From an uncultured Chloroflexia bacterium (GTDB taxonomy: Bacteria > Chloroflexota > Anaerolineae > JAAYZQ01), in NCBI GenBank assembly GCA_963700285.1, contig CAVOXA010000015.1:228715-292714 (forward strand): 64,000 nucleotides of DNA. The letters run 5' to 3'. The notes beneath the pieces are model-generated. The model made no database searches. It saw only the letters and a program-made list of their open reading frames with translations, and was not told the DNA's origin. The position numbers were made by a program, and so were the translations under genes. This document shows, piece after piece, positions 9,735-18,761 of the stretch. The first letter of the stretch is position 1. Every line of letters begins with the position of its first letter.

Positions 9735-10874
9735 TCACGGGCGGGGCCTTTCGCCTAGGGTTGTCAATTCATCCTCGCGGAACTCTTGTACCGGTGCTGC
9801 CTCCGCCAGGCTCCGGCCAGGATGGTAGTCAAAGATGGCCTGCACCTTTTCCCCTACGGCCCGAAAGACCGTACCCACGGGAATGTCCACAGGACAGGCC
9901 TCGGTGCATAGTCCGCAGCCCACACAACTGGTCACCATGTGGTTCAGGCGCGTCAGGTGGAACAGCAGCGTGTCAGGCAGCATCCGTACCTCGCCCTTGC
10001 GCGCCGCCCACTGGTAGTAAAGCTGCGACTCGTGCTCAAAGGTCGCCGTTCGAAAGATGCACTCCTTGCAGTAGCAGATGGGACAGTTGATCATGCAGTT
10101 GTGACAGCGGATGCAGGTGGAAAACTCTTGCAGCAGCCCCCCCATACTGTCCACCCGGTCCCGGAACGCAGCAAAGGCAGCATCGCGGGCCTCCACGCGG
10201 GCTGCAACCAGCTTTTCTACGGCCTCCGCCCTACCGGCCGGTGCACCGTTGGCCGCCACGCCCAGCGGTGCGGCCAGCGTATCTCGTGCCTTGAGATAGA
10301 CCTTGCCCGGCTCAACCCCCACCAAGCCGATGGTCAAGTCCACGTGGTCGCCATCGGGCAGCGGTTGCTCGCACATCTGGCAGGCGGCCCGGAAGGCCAT
10401 GGCCTCGCGGGGCTTGGGCTCGCCCCCCTCCGCACCGGCCAGCAGCTCTGCCACCAACTGGCCCTTGTCCTCCACAGCCTGGTAGTCGGTGACGCCATAC
10501 GTGCCCAGGCAATCGATGCCCACGATCAGGACCTGGTCCCCGGATCTCGCATTGGCCTTGGCCTGCTGGAACTTGACCAGTTCGACCAGAGCCCGGATCT
10601 CACAGGCGCGCAGGACCACCCCGAGCTTCTCCTGGTGGCCGGTCACCGTCAGGTTGGCCACCGCCCGCGCGGCGTTGATGGGCAGCACCGGCGCCAGGGG
10701 ATCGGCCCTCTGCAGCGCCTCCGGGTCGCTCACCAACATCGGCGCGACGGTTCCACCAGGCAACGTCATGGGTACCAGCAAGGCGTCTACGACATGCTTG
10801 TCCAGCAGCTTTCTCAACAGACCCTGAATCGTCGCCAGCGTGCCGTCTTGTACCTCTATGGTTGCTTCAATCAT
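9735..10874 (-). CDS. FdhB/FrhB-like 4Fe-4S dicluster protein (Hdr/MvhD-associated)
   Basis: LRACEIRALVELVK, GIDCLG, CIRCHNCMINCPICYCKEC, CVGCGLCTEACP. Confidence 0.8.
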   Translation of the reverse strand: MIEATIEVQDGTLATIQGLLRKLLDKHVVDALLVPMTLPGGTVAPMLVSDPEALQRADPLAPVLPINAARAVANLTVTGHQEKLGVVLRACEIRALVELVKFQQAKANARSGDQVLIVGIDCLGTYGVTDYQAVEDKGQLVAELLAGAEGGEPKPREAMAFRAACQMCEQPLPDGDHVDLTIGLVGVEPGKVYLKARDTLAAPLGVAANGAPAGRAEAVEKLVAARVEARDAAFAAFRDRVDSMGGLLQEFSTCIRCHNCMINCPICYCKECIFRTATFEHESQLYYQWAARKGEVRMLPDTLLFHLTRLNHMVTSCVGCGLCTEACPVDIPVGTVFRAVGEKVQAIFDYHPGRSLAEAAPVQEFREDELTTLGERPRP

Positions 10875-10927
10875 CCCTCACCCTCGCGCCAAATATGAAA
10901 CCCACCCCGTCGCTGCCAATCTCCAGA

Positions 10928-11356
10928 TCAGATCGACCCAACACCCTTGAGTGGATTGGGTCCCTTCGCTTTCAGGGTCGCCACCATGTCAGTCACGGTG
11001 TCGGCAAAGTACTGGCCCTCGCTGGCGCTGATCCAGCGCAGCCAGACACGGTCGGAATCAAAGCCCATCTGGTCCAGGATATTCTGCAGAATGGCCATCC
11101 GGCGGCGGGCTTTGTAGTTGCCGCTCTGGTAGTGGCAGTCGCCGGGATGGCAGCCGCCGACGAGGACACCGTCGGCGCCCTCCAACAGGGCTTTGGAGAC
11201 ATAGACCGGGTCCAGGCCGCCGGAGCACATGAGGCGGATGATGCGGATGTTGGGCGGGTACTGGATGCGAGAGGTACCCGCCAGGTCGGCACCGGTATAG
11301 GTGCACCAGTTGCACAGAAAGGCGATGATTCTGGGTTCAAACTCGGCCTCAGCCAT
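10928..11356 (-). CDS. mvhD: MvhD/FlpD [2Fe-2S] hydrogenase iron-sulfur subunit
   Basis: FLCNWCTYTGAD, IRLMCSG, GCHPGDCHY, WISASEG. Confidence 0.92.
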   Translation of the reverse strand: MAEAEFEPRIIAFLCNWCTYTGADLAGTSRIQYPPNIRIIRLMCSGGLDPVYVSKALLEGADGVLVGGCHPGDCHYQSGNYKARRRMAILQNILDQMGFDSDRVWLRWISASEGQYFADTVTDMVATLKAKGPNPLKGVGSI

Positions 11357-11953
11357 CTACTCCTCCCGGACGTCCAGGATTTCCATACCAAGGGCTTCCA
11401 TAATGGCTACGAGCTTTTCGCTTGGCACATCGGCAACCTTTACGGTAACCATCCGGTTGGTGGGATCCTCTCCCCTAAACGTGCCCAAGGCCAAGACATT
11501 GCCCCCCATCGAGGCAATCTCACCGGTGAGACTGGCCAACATCCCCTTCTCTTCGGGTATCAGCATGGTGAGGCGTACACCTTGCTCTCTGGCGCCCAGC
11601 AACTCGAGGAAGACTTTGAACAGATCTGTTTCGGTGATGATCCCCACCAACCTCATGCCGCGCATAACGGGCAAACTGCTTATCTTTTGATCGGCCATGA
11701 TGCGAGCTGCTTCTTCGAGGGCGGTATATTCGGTGACTGTGACCACGTCAATCGTCATGACTTCTTCGACTGAATCGTCGCTGCTGGCCCGTAGAAGGTC
11801 TTTTTCTGACACGATACCGATGAGTACGTCGTTGTTATCTAGGACCGGCAGGTGTCGTAGCTTGCGCTTTTCGACAATCTCCAGTGCCTGCCTGACGGTT
11901 GTCGCCCAGGTGATGGTCACTGGATTGGGTGTCATTCGCTCGATGATTAGCAT
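11357..11953 (-). CDS. CBS-pair plus ACT domain protein (AcuB-like)
   Basis: LRHLPVLD..GIVSEKDL; ISSLPVM..VGIITETDLFK; C-terminal ACT-like region GVRLTM..KGMLASL. Confidence 0.85.
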   Translation of the reverse strand: MLIIERMTPNPVTITWATTVRQALEIVEKRKLRHLPVLDNNDVLIGIVSEKDLLRASSDDSVEEVMTIDVVTVTEYTALEEAARIMADQKISSLPVMRGMRLVGIITETDLFKVFLELLGAREQGVRLTMLIPEEKGMLASLTGEIASMGGNVLALGTFRGEDPTNRMVTVKVADVPSEKLVAIMEALGMEILDVREE

Positions 11954-11970
11954 ATCTTTTTCATCTCCTC

Positions 11971-14900
11971 CTACGACATGGCCATGTCAACAGCAGCCAT
12001 CAGTTGTTTGTGCTCAAAGGTCTTTTGCAGGGTGGCCTTGTTGGGACAGACCATGGCGCACACCCCGCAGCCCTGGCACAAGACATAATCCACGTCCGCC
12101 ACCCGCGTGTCCTGGTTCATCACCCGCGCACCGTAGGGACAAGCTTCCTCGCACAGACCGCAGAAGCTGCACAGCCGTTCGTTGACCCACACCGACGTTG
12201 GCCGGTCCTCCACCACCTCCGGCGCCAGAAAAGCCGCGGCCCGCATCGCCGCCCCCCGTCCCTGGACCAGCGTCTCTTCCAGGAAGCGGGGACTGTGGGC
12301 CAGCCCCGCCACATAGATGCCGCCCCCTTTCGCGCTCTGAAGATCCAGCGGCTTCATCTTGGCCTGCTCCTCCCGGAAAAAACCGTCGCCGTCCAACGTC
12401 AGCCCCAACTTTCCCGCCAGCGCCCCCTCTTCCTCAGCGTCGATGCCCACGCTAAGGACCAGCAATCCGGCTTCCAATACCAGCGACTGTCCGGTCACCG
12501 GCTCGACGAGGCTCACCGCCAGCCGGTCCCCCTCCGCCCTGACGGCGGGCTTGTCCGGCACCTCGTAGCGCAGGAACACCACCCCCGCATCCCGCGCCGC
12601 CTGATAGTAGGCTTCGCGAAAGCCGTAGGTCCGCACCTCGCGGTAGAGGACATAGACCTCCAGCCTGGGCTTCAATTCCTTGAGCTTCAGGGCGTTCTTG
12701 ACCGCCAGGGTACAGCATACCCGGCTGCAATAGGGCCGCTCCGGCTCCCGAGAACCAACACACTGGATCATGACTACCCGCTGCACTGTGGCCAGCGTGC
12801 CGTCGGCGATCTGCTGCTCCAGCTCGCGCTGCGTCAGCACCCGCGGGTCCTGGCCGTAGAGGTATTCCTCCGTCACCGCTGGTCCGCCGCCGGTGGCCAC
12901 CACCAGCACGCCGTGGTCCACCACCTCTTGCCGACCGTTCACGCCGACGGTCGTCCGATACTGGCCGGCTTTGCCCTGGTAGTCCACCACTTCGGCGCCT
13001 AGATGAACCCTGATCCGCTCCTCAGCCGCCACCTGGGCGACCAAGTCAGCCAGGGCCGCCTGCGGATCACTGCCGTCGGCCTGATAGTGGATGTGACGCC
13101 ACTGGCCGCCCAGGCTCGATTCCCGCTCCACCAGGACCACGGGAATGTCCAACCGGGCCAGGGCCAGCGCGGCCGCCATCCCCGCCGCCCCACCGCCAAC
13201 CACCACCGCCCGGCGAGTCAGCGTTTGGCTACCGCCCAGCGCCAGGGCTTCCACCCCGGCCATGGTCCTCAGGCCGGCCACGGCCATGCCTACCAGGGAT
13301 CGGGCTTTCCCGACCTGGGCTTCCCGGGCCAGATCCGCCCCGTTGCCGCGGTGGGGGTAGACCACCTGCTCCCGCAGGTTGGCCCGCGCCAGCAGCCGGG
13401 GGTCCAGTCCGGCATCCCGCATTATCGCCTCGAATTCGCCGCCGAACAGCCGCGGCGAACAGCCGGCGACCACGACCCGGTTCAGTCCCTCAGACTCAAT
13501 GGCCGCACCCATGGCGGCCCGCCCCTCCGGCGAGCAACCCTCCGGCACGGCCCGCGCCAGGGCCACCCCAGGCAGCTCCTTCGCCCAAGCTGCCAATTCT
13601 GGTACGCCAACAGGCGCCAGTTCGCCGTTGCACTCACAGACAAAGACCCCCACCCTGGGCTCCTCATCCGAAACGTCGCGATATCCTTCCGCTATCTGCC
13701 CTCTGTCGTCTGGCGTCCGTCGCCTGTCGCCGGATGCCTGCATCCGCTGTGTCTGTCCAGCCAGGTACCCCGCCACCTCAGCCGCCGCCCCCGCCGCCTC
13801 GGCCACCGTCTCGGGGATATCCTTTGGCTCGCGGAAAGCGCCGGCTACGAACACGCCAGGGTGGTCCATGTGCGTCGGCTGGTAGCCGCCCGTCCGGGCA
13901 AAGCCGTACTCGTTCAGCGCCACCCCCAGCTCGCGGGCCAGGGCCTGCATCCCTGCCGGAGGCGCCAAGCCCACCGCCAGTACCAGCAGGTCAAAGGCTT
14001 CCTCCCGCAGCTTGCCCTCTTCGCCCACGTAGGTTACGGCCAGGTCCCGCGTGCGCTGCCGCTGGTAGACCGACGAGGGCATGGCCCGCAGGTACCTCAC
14101 CCCTGGCAACGCCTGCACCCCCTCTATGTAGGCCTCGAAATCCTTGCCAAAGGCGCGCAGGTCCATGGTAAAGACCGTCGCTTCCAGCTCCGGGTCCAAC
14201 TCCTTGGCCAGGGCCACCTGCTTGGCCGTGTACATGCAGCAGACCGAGGAGCAGTAGCCCGCTCCGCAGAGGTTGTCCCGCGAGCCGACGCAGTGCACAA
14301 AGGCGACCCGCTTCGGTGCCTTGCCGTCCGACGGCCGGGCCAGGTGGGCCACGCTGGAGCCCGCCAGGCTGGCCATCCGTTCAAACTCCAGGGCGGAGAG
14401 CACATTGTCATAGACCCCGTAGCCGTACTCACCCTTGACCCGGGCCTCAAAGGGCGCATAGCCGGGCGCCAGCAACACGGCGTCCACGTCCAGGACCTGC
14501 TTGCGGTCCGCCATCTCCAGGTCGATGGCGCCGGTAGGGCAGGCATCCACGCAGGCGCCACAGCGGGTGCAGGTTTCCATGTCGATGACCCAGGCATCGG
14601 GCACCGCCCGCAGTCCCGGGGGCCGGTAGATGGCCTTGACCGGCGAAAGCCTGCCCTCGTGGTCGTGGGGCCGGGCTTCGGGGCAGACGGCGGCGCAGTC
14701 GCCACAGCCATTGCACCGGTCCACGTCCACGTAGCGGGCCTTGTGGTTGACAGTGACCTGGGGCGCCCCGTTTCCCGGTCCACCAGCACCCCAATCTACG
14801 GCCGAGACCTCGGCGTAGGGCAAGAGGTGGACATCCTCTCTGGCTTCGCACTCGAAGGTGGGGCAGAAAGCCGGCTGCCGGGGCAGCATGAGGCAGATGC

Positions 14901-15087
14901 CGCAAGAGTTGGTGGGAAAGGTATGGTCCAGCAGGTGCATCGAGCCGCCAATGGCCGGCGCGGCGTCCAGCAGGTAGACCTCGATGCCCAGCTCGGCCAG
15001 GTGCATCGCCGCTGCCATGCCGGCGATCCCCCCACCGGCGACCAGGACGCTGTGCTTGCCTTTGTCCAGTGAATCGGCTCTTTCCAC
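11971..15087 (-). CDS. hdrA: Double-length HdrA-like protein (two FAD domains, 1038 aa)
   Basis: Two GGGxAG motifs, two CVGSR..YCS..CC blocks, internal RVGVFVCECNG domain, several ferredoxin motifs; GTG start. Confidence 0.9.
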   Translation of the reverse strand: MERADSLDKGKHSVLVAGGGIAGMAAAMHLAELGIEVYLLDAAPAIGGSMHLLDHTFPTNSCGICLMLPRQPAFCPTFECEAREDVHLLPYAEVSAVDWGAGGPGNGAPQVTVNHKARYVDVDRCNGCGDCAAVCPEARPHDHEGRLSPVKAIYRPPGLRAVPDAWVIDMETCTRCGACVDACPTGAIDLEMADRKQVLDVDAVLLAPGYAPFEARVKGEYGYGVYDNVLSALEFERMASLAGSSVAHLARPSDGKAPKRVAFVHCVGSRDNLCGAGYCSSVCCMYTAKQVALAKELDPELEATVFTMDLRAFGKDFEAYIEGVQALPGVRYLRAMPSSVYQRQRTRDLAVTYVGEEGKLREEAFDLLVLAVGLAPPAGMQALARELGVALNEYGFARTGGYQPTHMDHPGVFVAGAFREPKDIPETVAEAAGAAAEVAGYLAGQTQRMQASGDRRRTPDDRGQIAEGYRDVSDEEPRVGVFVCECNGELAPVGVPELAAWAKELPGVALARAVPEGCSPEGRAAMGAAIESEGLNRVVVAGCSPRLFGGEFEAIMRDAGLDPRLLARANLREQVVYPHRGNGADLAREAQVGKARSLVGMAVAGLRTMAGVEALALGGSQTLTRRAVVVGGGAAGMAAALALARLDIPVVLVERESSLGGQWRHIHYQADGSDPQAALADLVAQVAAEERIRVHLGAEVVDYQGKAGQYRTTVGVNGRQEVVDHGVLVVATGGGPAVTEEYLYGQDPRVLTQRELEQQIADGTLATVQRVVMIQCVGSREPERPYCSRVCCTLAVKNALKLKELKPRLEVYVLYREVRTYGFREAYYQAARDAGVVFLRYEVPDKPAVRAEGDRLAVSLVEPVTGQSLVLEAGLLVLSVGIDAEEEGALAGKLGLTLDGDGFFREEQAKMKPLDLQSAKGGGIYVAGLAHSPRFLEETLVQGRGAAMRAAAFLAPEVVEDRPTSVWVNERLCSFCGLCEEACPYGARVMNQDTRVADVDYVLCQGCGVCAMVCPNKATLQKTFEHKQLMAAVDMAMS
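13692..13740. repeat. Degenerate 7-bp tandem repeat inside the hdrA coding sequence
   Basis: CTATCTG CCCTCTG TCGTCTG GCGTCCG TCGCCTG TCGCCGG ATGCCTG. Confidence 0.55.
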
Positions 15088-15103
15088 GTTGAAAGCTCCT
15101 GCG

Positions 15104-16000
15104 CTAGACCAGGCCCAACCGGCCCAAGAGCGGCCGGGGGTTGACCAGGTGCTTGCCCAATACCTTTTTCAAAGACAGACCATAGGCCAAGGCCATCAAC
15201 TCGGTGAAGTAAAAGATGGGCAGCGGTTCATAACCGGGTTTGGGTGGTCGCGGCAGCGGCGGTCCGCCGCGGTAAAGCTGCCGCCCATCGACGTTGGCCA
15301 TGCACATAGGGCAGGCCGTGACCAGGGCATCGGCCCCCGCCTCGTGGGCGGCGATGGCCAGTCTGTCCACCAGATGGACCACTACGTCGCTGCGGTTCAG
15401 GGTCAGGCTGCCGCCGCAGCAGTCCACGCCGTAGCTCCAGGGCATCGCCTCGGCGCCCATCAGCTCGATGATATGGTCCATCGTCTGCGGGTGCTCCGGG
15501 TCGTCCCAGCGACCGGTATACTTGGGCGGCCGGATGAGCAGGCAGCCATAGTAGGCTGCGACCTTTAGGCCTTCCAGCGGCGCCTTGACCCTGGCCGTCA
15601 ACGCCTCCCTGGACAGGTCGTTGGCCAGGATGTCCAGCAGGCTGCGGGGCCGCACCCGGCCTTCATACTCAAAGTCCAGCACCGACTCCATCCTGGCCCG
15701 GAAGGCGCCGTCCTGCTGCAGGGCCAGGTCGGCGGCTGCCAGCCGCGAGTAGCAGGCCGCGCAGGGGATGGCCATATCGTCCAGGCCCACTTTCTGCGCC
15801 TGGGCCAGGTTGCGGGCTGGCAGGGCCAGAAAGAGGGCGGGATCCATAGAGTGGGCCGACGACGCCCCGCAGCAGTTCCAGTCGGGGATCTCGACCATCT
15901 CCAGGTCCAGCGCCTGGCAGACCAGCTCGCTGCTGACCCCAAACTCCACGCCCGTCGAATGCAGCGTGCAGCCCGGATAGAAGGCATACCGTCTCGTCAT
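15104..16000 (-). CDS. hdrB: Heterodisulfide reductase subunit B
   Basis: YAFYPGCTL, DWNCCGA, PCAACY, YYGCLL, CCGGS, TACPMC. Confidence 0.92.
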   Translation of the reverse strand: MTRRYAFYPGCTLHSTGVEFGVSSELVCQALDLEMVEIPDWNCCGASSAHSMDPALFLALPARNLAQAQKVGLDDMAIPCAACYSRLAAADLALQQDGAFRARMESVLDFEYEGRVRPRSLLDILANDLSREALTARVKAPLEGLKVAAYYGCLLIRPPKYTGRWDDPEHPQTMDHIIELMGAEAMPWSYGVDCCGGSLTLNRSDVVVHLVDRLAIAAHEAGADALVTACPMCMANVDGRQLYRGGPPLPRPPKPGYEPLPIFYFTELMALAYGLSLKKVLGKHLVNPRPLLGRLGLV

Positions 16001-16007
16001 CCCGACC

Positions 16008-16547
16008 TCACCCTGAATCCTCATCCCCCAGCTCAAACAGTTCCTTGACCTGGCCGATGTTCTGGATGCGCTTGGGCAGGGGATGGATCTTGCCCTTGAG
16101 GAACATGTCCAACCCCATGTCCAGGTTGCTGAACAGGTCGCGGCTGGTGAGCTTGTGCTGGAGGATCATGGTCAATTCGTGCAGCCGGCCCCAGGTGCGG
16201 ATGCTGTCCAGAAAGGCCTGGTGCAGCTTGAACACCGATTGCTCTGCCGGGCTGACCCCTTCGGCCAGGGCGATGTGGCGCAGGGCGTCGATGACGGCGC
16301 CGGGGTGGATCTCGTTGGGGCAACGCGTGCCGCAGGTCTCGCAGCCGATGCACAGCCAGATGGCCGAGGAGCGAAGGAGGGCGTCCTTCTGACCCAGTTG
16401 GACCAAACGCAAGATCTGGGCCGGCGTGTATTCCATGGCGTAAGCCGACGGGCAGCCTGCCGAGCAGCGCAGGCAGTAGTAGCAGCGGCTTACGTTCTGC
16501 TGGCTCAGTTCGCTGACCTGTCTGATGAAGGTCAAGTCTGGATCCAT
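16008..16547 (-). CDS. hdrC: Heterodisulfide reductase subunit C
   Basis: CYYCLRCSAGCP and WLCIGCETCGTRCP; immediately upstream of hdrB. Confidence 0.9.
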   Translation of the reverse strand: MDPDLTFIRQVSELSQQNVSRCYYCLRCSAGCPSAYAMEYTPAQILRLVQLGQKDALLRSSAIWLCIGCETCGTRCPNEIHPGAVIDALRHIALAEGVSPAEQSVFKLHQAFLDSIRTWGRLHELTMILQHKLTSRDLFSNLDMGLDMFLKGKIHPLPKRIQNIGQVKELFELGDEDSG

Positions 16548-16867
16548 GGCTCCGTCCCTCGCCAAGTGTTCACCCTATTGGCGGTACCTGGTCCCTCACT
16601 ACTCGGTCTTGCTGCCCATTTCACAAACGAAAACTGCCCACGCGGCCTGCTAGGGCCAGCCTGGGCAGCATAGATCAGTTGCATGCGTGACGGCGGTCAC
16701 CCTTCTGCAACAAGGACGCTGTCTCCTGCTGCACCGATCTGCGTCTCGCCCCCTGATTTCCAGGTTCCTATGGTTGGCCACAAAGCCGATCAAGTGAGAT
16801 CCCTTTCCTATGGGCATCACCACACTGCTCTTGGCCTTGGAGCCCCCATTGACCCCAATACGCCGGT

Positions 16868-16896
16868 ATTATACCATACCTCCCGGATTCCGCAAA
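16868..16896 (-). promoter_or_regulatory. Sigma70-type promoter for the hdr cluster
   Basis: Minus strand TTTGCG-N17-TATAAT with TG extension, about 320 nt upstream of hdrC. Confidence 0.5.
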
Positions 16897-16968
16897 CTCC
16901 AGGGATCCTCACTGACTGGCAGTCATTCACTGACTACCGATAGGCCATCCAGCCTTCTGCTGACAAGT

Positions 16969-17070
16969 CTATTCCCGCCGCGCTTTCATGGCGAGCACGA
17001 TGCTCCCGACAACGAGCAACAACAGCAAGAGGATGATGACGCACTCGGCCGCCCCAACACGAAAAAACAT
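16969..17070 (-). CDS. Small single-pass membrane peptide (33 aa), absent from the ORF track
   Basis: MFFRVGAAECVIILLLLLLVVGSIVLAMKARRE; GAGGGG RBS; upstream TTGAGA-N16-TATACT with TG extension. Confidence 0.6.
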   Translation of the reverse strand: MFFRVGAAECVIILLLLLLVVGSIVLAMKARRE

Positions 17071-17193
17071 TAGGCCCCTCATTCTTGGCTACACCTCACG
17101 TTTTGTGCACAACGTGGGGGTTCCGGCATTCTGGACTACAATCCAACACGGCACCAGTATAGCACAACTGCATTCTGTCTCAAAAGGTATCAT

Positions 17194-17222
17194 TTGACAA
17201 GTCCCGCCGCGTGAGTTATACT
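17194..17222 (+). promoter_or_regulatory. Sigma70 promoter of glnA
   Basis: TTGACA-N17-TATACT. Confidence 0.75.
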
Positions 17223-17316
17223 TGCCGCCAATAATTTGTATCCAAAATAGGCACGGGGGTTTCTGTCTGGCCAGGCCCAAACCCCTGCTGCCCTATCTGA
17301 CTATAGGAGTTGACCT

Positions 17317-18654
17317 ATGACGACAAAAGAAGAGATCACCCGCCGCGTGGCCGAGAAAGGCATCGAATTCATCAGCCTGCAGTTCACCGACATCGTGGGA
17401 TTGGTCAAGAGCGTAACCATTCCAGTTGAGGAGTTAGAGACCGCCCTGGATCGCGGCATCTGGTTCGATGGCTCTTCGGTGGAGGGTTTTGCCCGCATTG
17501 CCGAGAGTGACATGTATCTGGTCCCTGACCTGGATACCTTCTCGGTCATTCCTTGGGAGCAAGATAGCGGTGCAACCGCCCGTTTCATCTGCGACGTCTA
17601 CACACCTTCCGGCGAACCATTCCCAGGCGATCCCCGCCAGGTCCTCAAACGTGCCATACAGGAAGCCGCGGCGCTGGGGCTGAGCTATCACGCCGGACCG
17701 GAGCCAGAGTTCTTTCTCTTCAAGCGGGATGAGGATGGCGAGGCCGTGCCCCGGCCTCACGATCAAGGTGGTTATTTCGATCTCTCGACGGATCGCGGGG
17801 TCGAGGTGCGCAAGAGGATGGTCAGGGCGCTGTCCGCCTTTGGCATCCGGGTCGAAGCCAGCCACCACGAGGTTGCCACCGGCCAGCACGAGATCGACTT
17901 TCGCTACACCGACGCCCTGCGCGCCGCAGACAACGTAGTCACCTTCAAGGCGACGCTCAAGCAGGTCGCTCGACAGCATGGCTTGCACGCGACCTTTATG
18001 CCAAAACCAATTGCGGGCATCAGTGGTTCAGGCATGCATGTCCACCAGAGCTTGGTACGCATCGATAACGGCGAGAATGCGTTCGCTGACAATGGGGACG
18101 AGATTGGTATCTCAAAATTGGCCCGTCAATTCGTCGCTGGCCAGTTGGCCCACGCCCGAAATATGTGTGCGGTGCTATCCCCCCTGGTCAACTCCTACAA
18201 GCGCTTGGTCCCCGGTTACGAGGCGCCGGTGTACGTCAGTTGGGGACAGATCAATCGCTCGGCGCTGATCCGTGTACCACAAGTGACTCCCGACCGGCCC
18301 GAGTCTACACGATTGGAGATCCGCTGCCCCGATCCCAGTTGTAACCCTTATCTGGCCTTCGCCGTTATGCTGCGGGCAGGATTGGACGGCATCCATCGGG
18401 AGCTGGGAGCGCCAGCTATCTCGAATGAAGATCTGTACCACCTGGACGATCAAGGACGTGAGGCGCGTGGATTGGATACGCTGCCAGGCTCCCTGGGTGA
18501 GGCGCTAGAAGAACTAAAGCGCGACGAGCTCATGCTCGAAGCGCTGGGCGAACACATCTACGAGCGGTTCATCGAAGCCAAGACCATCGAGTGGCAGGAA
18601 TACTTGACCCAGGTCAGCAGCTGGGAGCTGGAGCGCTATTTGCGCGTATACTAG
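17317..18654 (+). CDS. glnA: Glutamine synthetase type I-alpha
   Basis: FDGSSVEGF, GPEPEFFLF, HHEVATGQHEI, ATFMPKP..SGSGMHVHQS, NSYKRLVPGYEAP, NRSALIR, RLEIRCPDPSCNPY. Confidence 0.97.
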   Translation: MTTKEEITRRVAEKGIEFISLQFTDIVGLVKSVTIPVEELETALDRGIWFDGSSVEGFARIAESDMYLVPDLDTFSVIPWEQDSGATARFICDVYTPSGEPFPGDPRQVLKRAIQEAAALGLSYHAGPEPEFFLFKRDEDGEAVPRPHDQGGYFDLSTDRGVEVRKRMVRALSAFGIRVEASHHEVATGQHEIDFRYTDALRAADNVVTFKATLKQVARQHGLHATFMPKPIAGISGSGMHVHQSLVRIDNGENAFADNGDEIGISKLARQFVAGQLAHARNMCAVLSPLVNSYKRLVPGYEAPVYVSWGQINRSALIRVPQVTPDRPESTRLEIRCPDPSCNPYLAFAVMLRAGLDGIHRELGAPAISNEDLYHLDDQGREARGLDTLPGSLGEALEELKRDELMLEALGEHIYERFIEAKTIEWQEYLTQVSSWELERYLRVY

Positions 18655-18714
18655 CCCTCAGTGTCGGGGCGCCCGGGCTTGGGCGTGACACGGCAACCCT
18701 GAGCAACCTTGTAG

Positions 18715-18751
18715 CCAGGCCCGACAGGTTGCCTAGACCTGTCGGGCCTGG
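18715..18751. terminator. 15-bp-stem hairpin (REP-like or bidirectional terminator) between convergent glnA and GNAT
   Basis: CCAGGCCCGACAGGT-tgcctag-ACCTGTCGGGCCTGG. Confidence 0.65.
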
Positions 18752-18761
18752 TTGGGCCGGC

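Noticed and set aside
6914-11356. Selenocysteine in HdrA or MvhD
   Set aside because: The usual Sec-prone positions are ordinary Cys codons in open frames (DCSAC, CNWC, CHPGDCHY).
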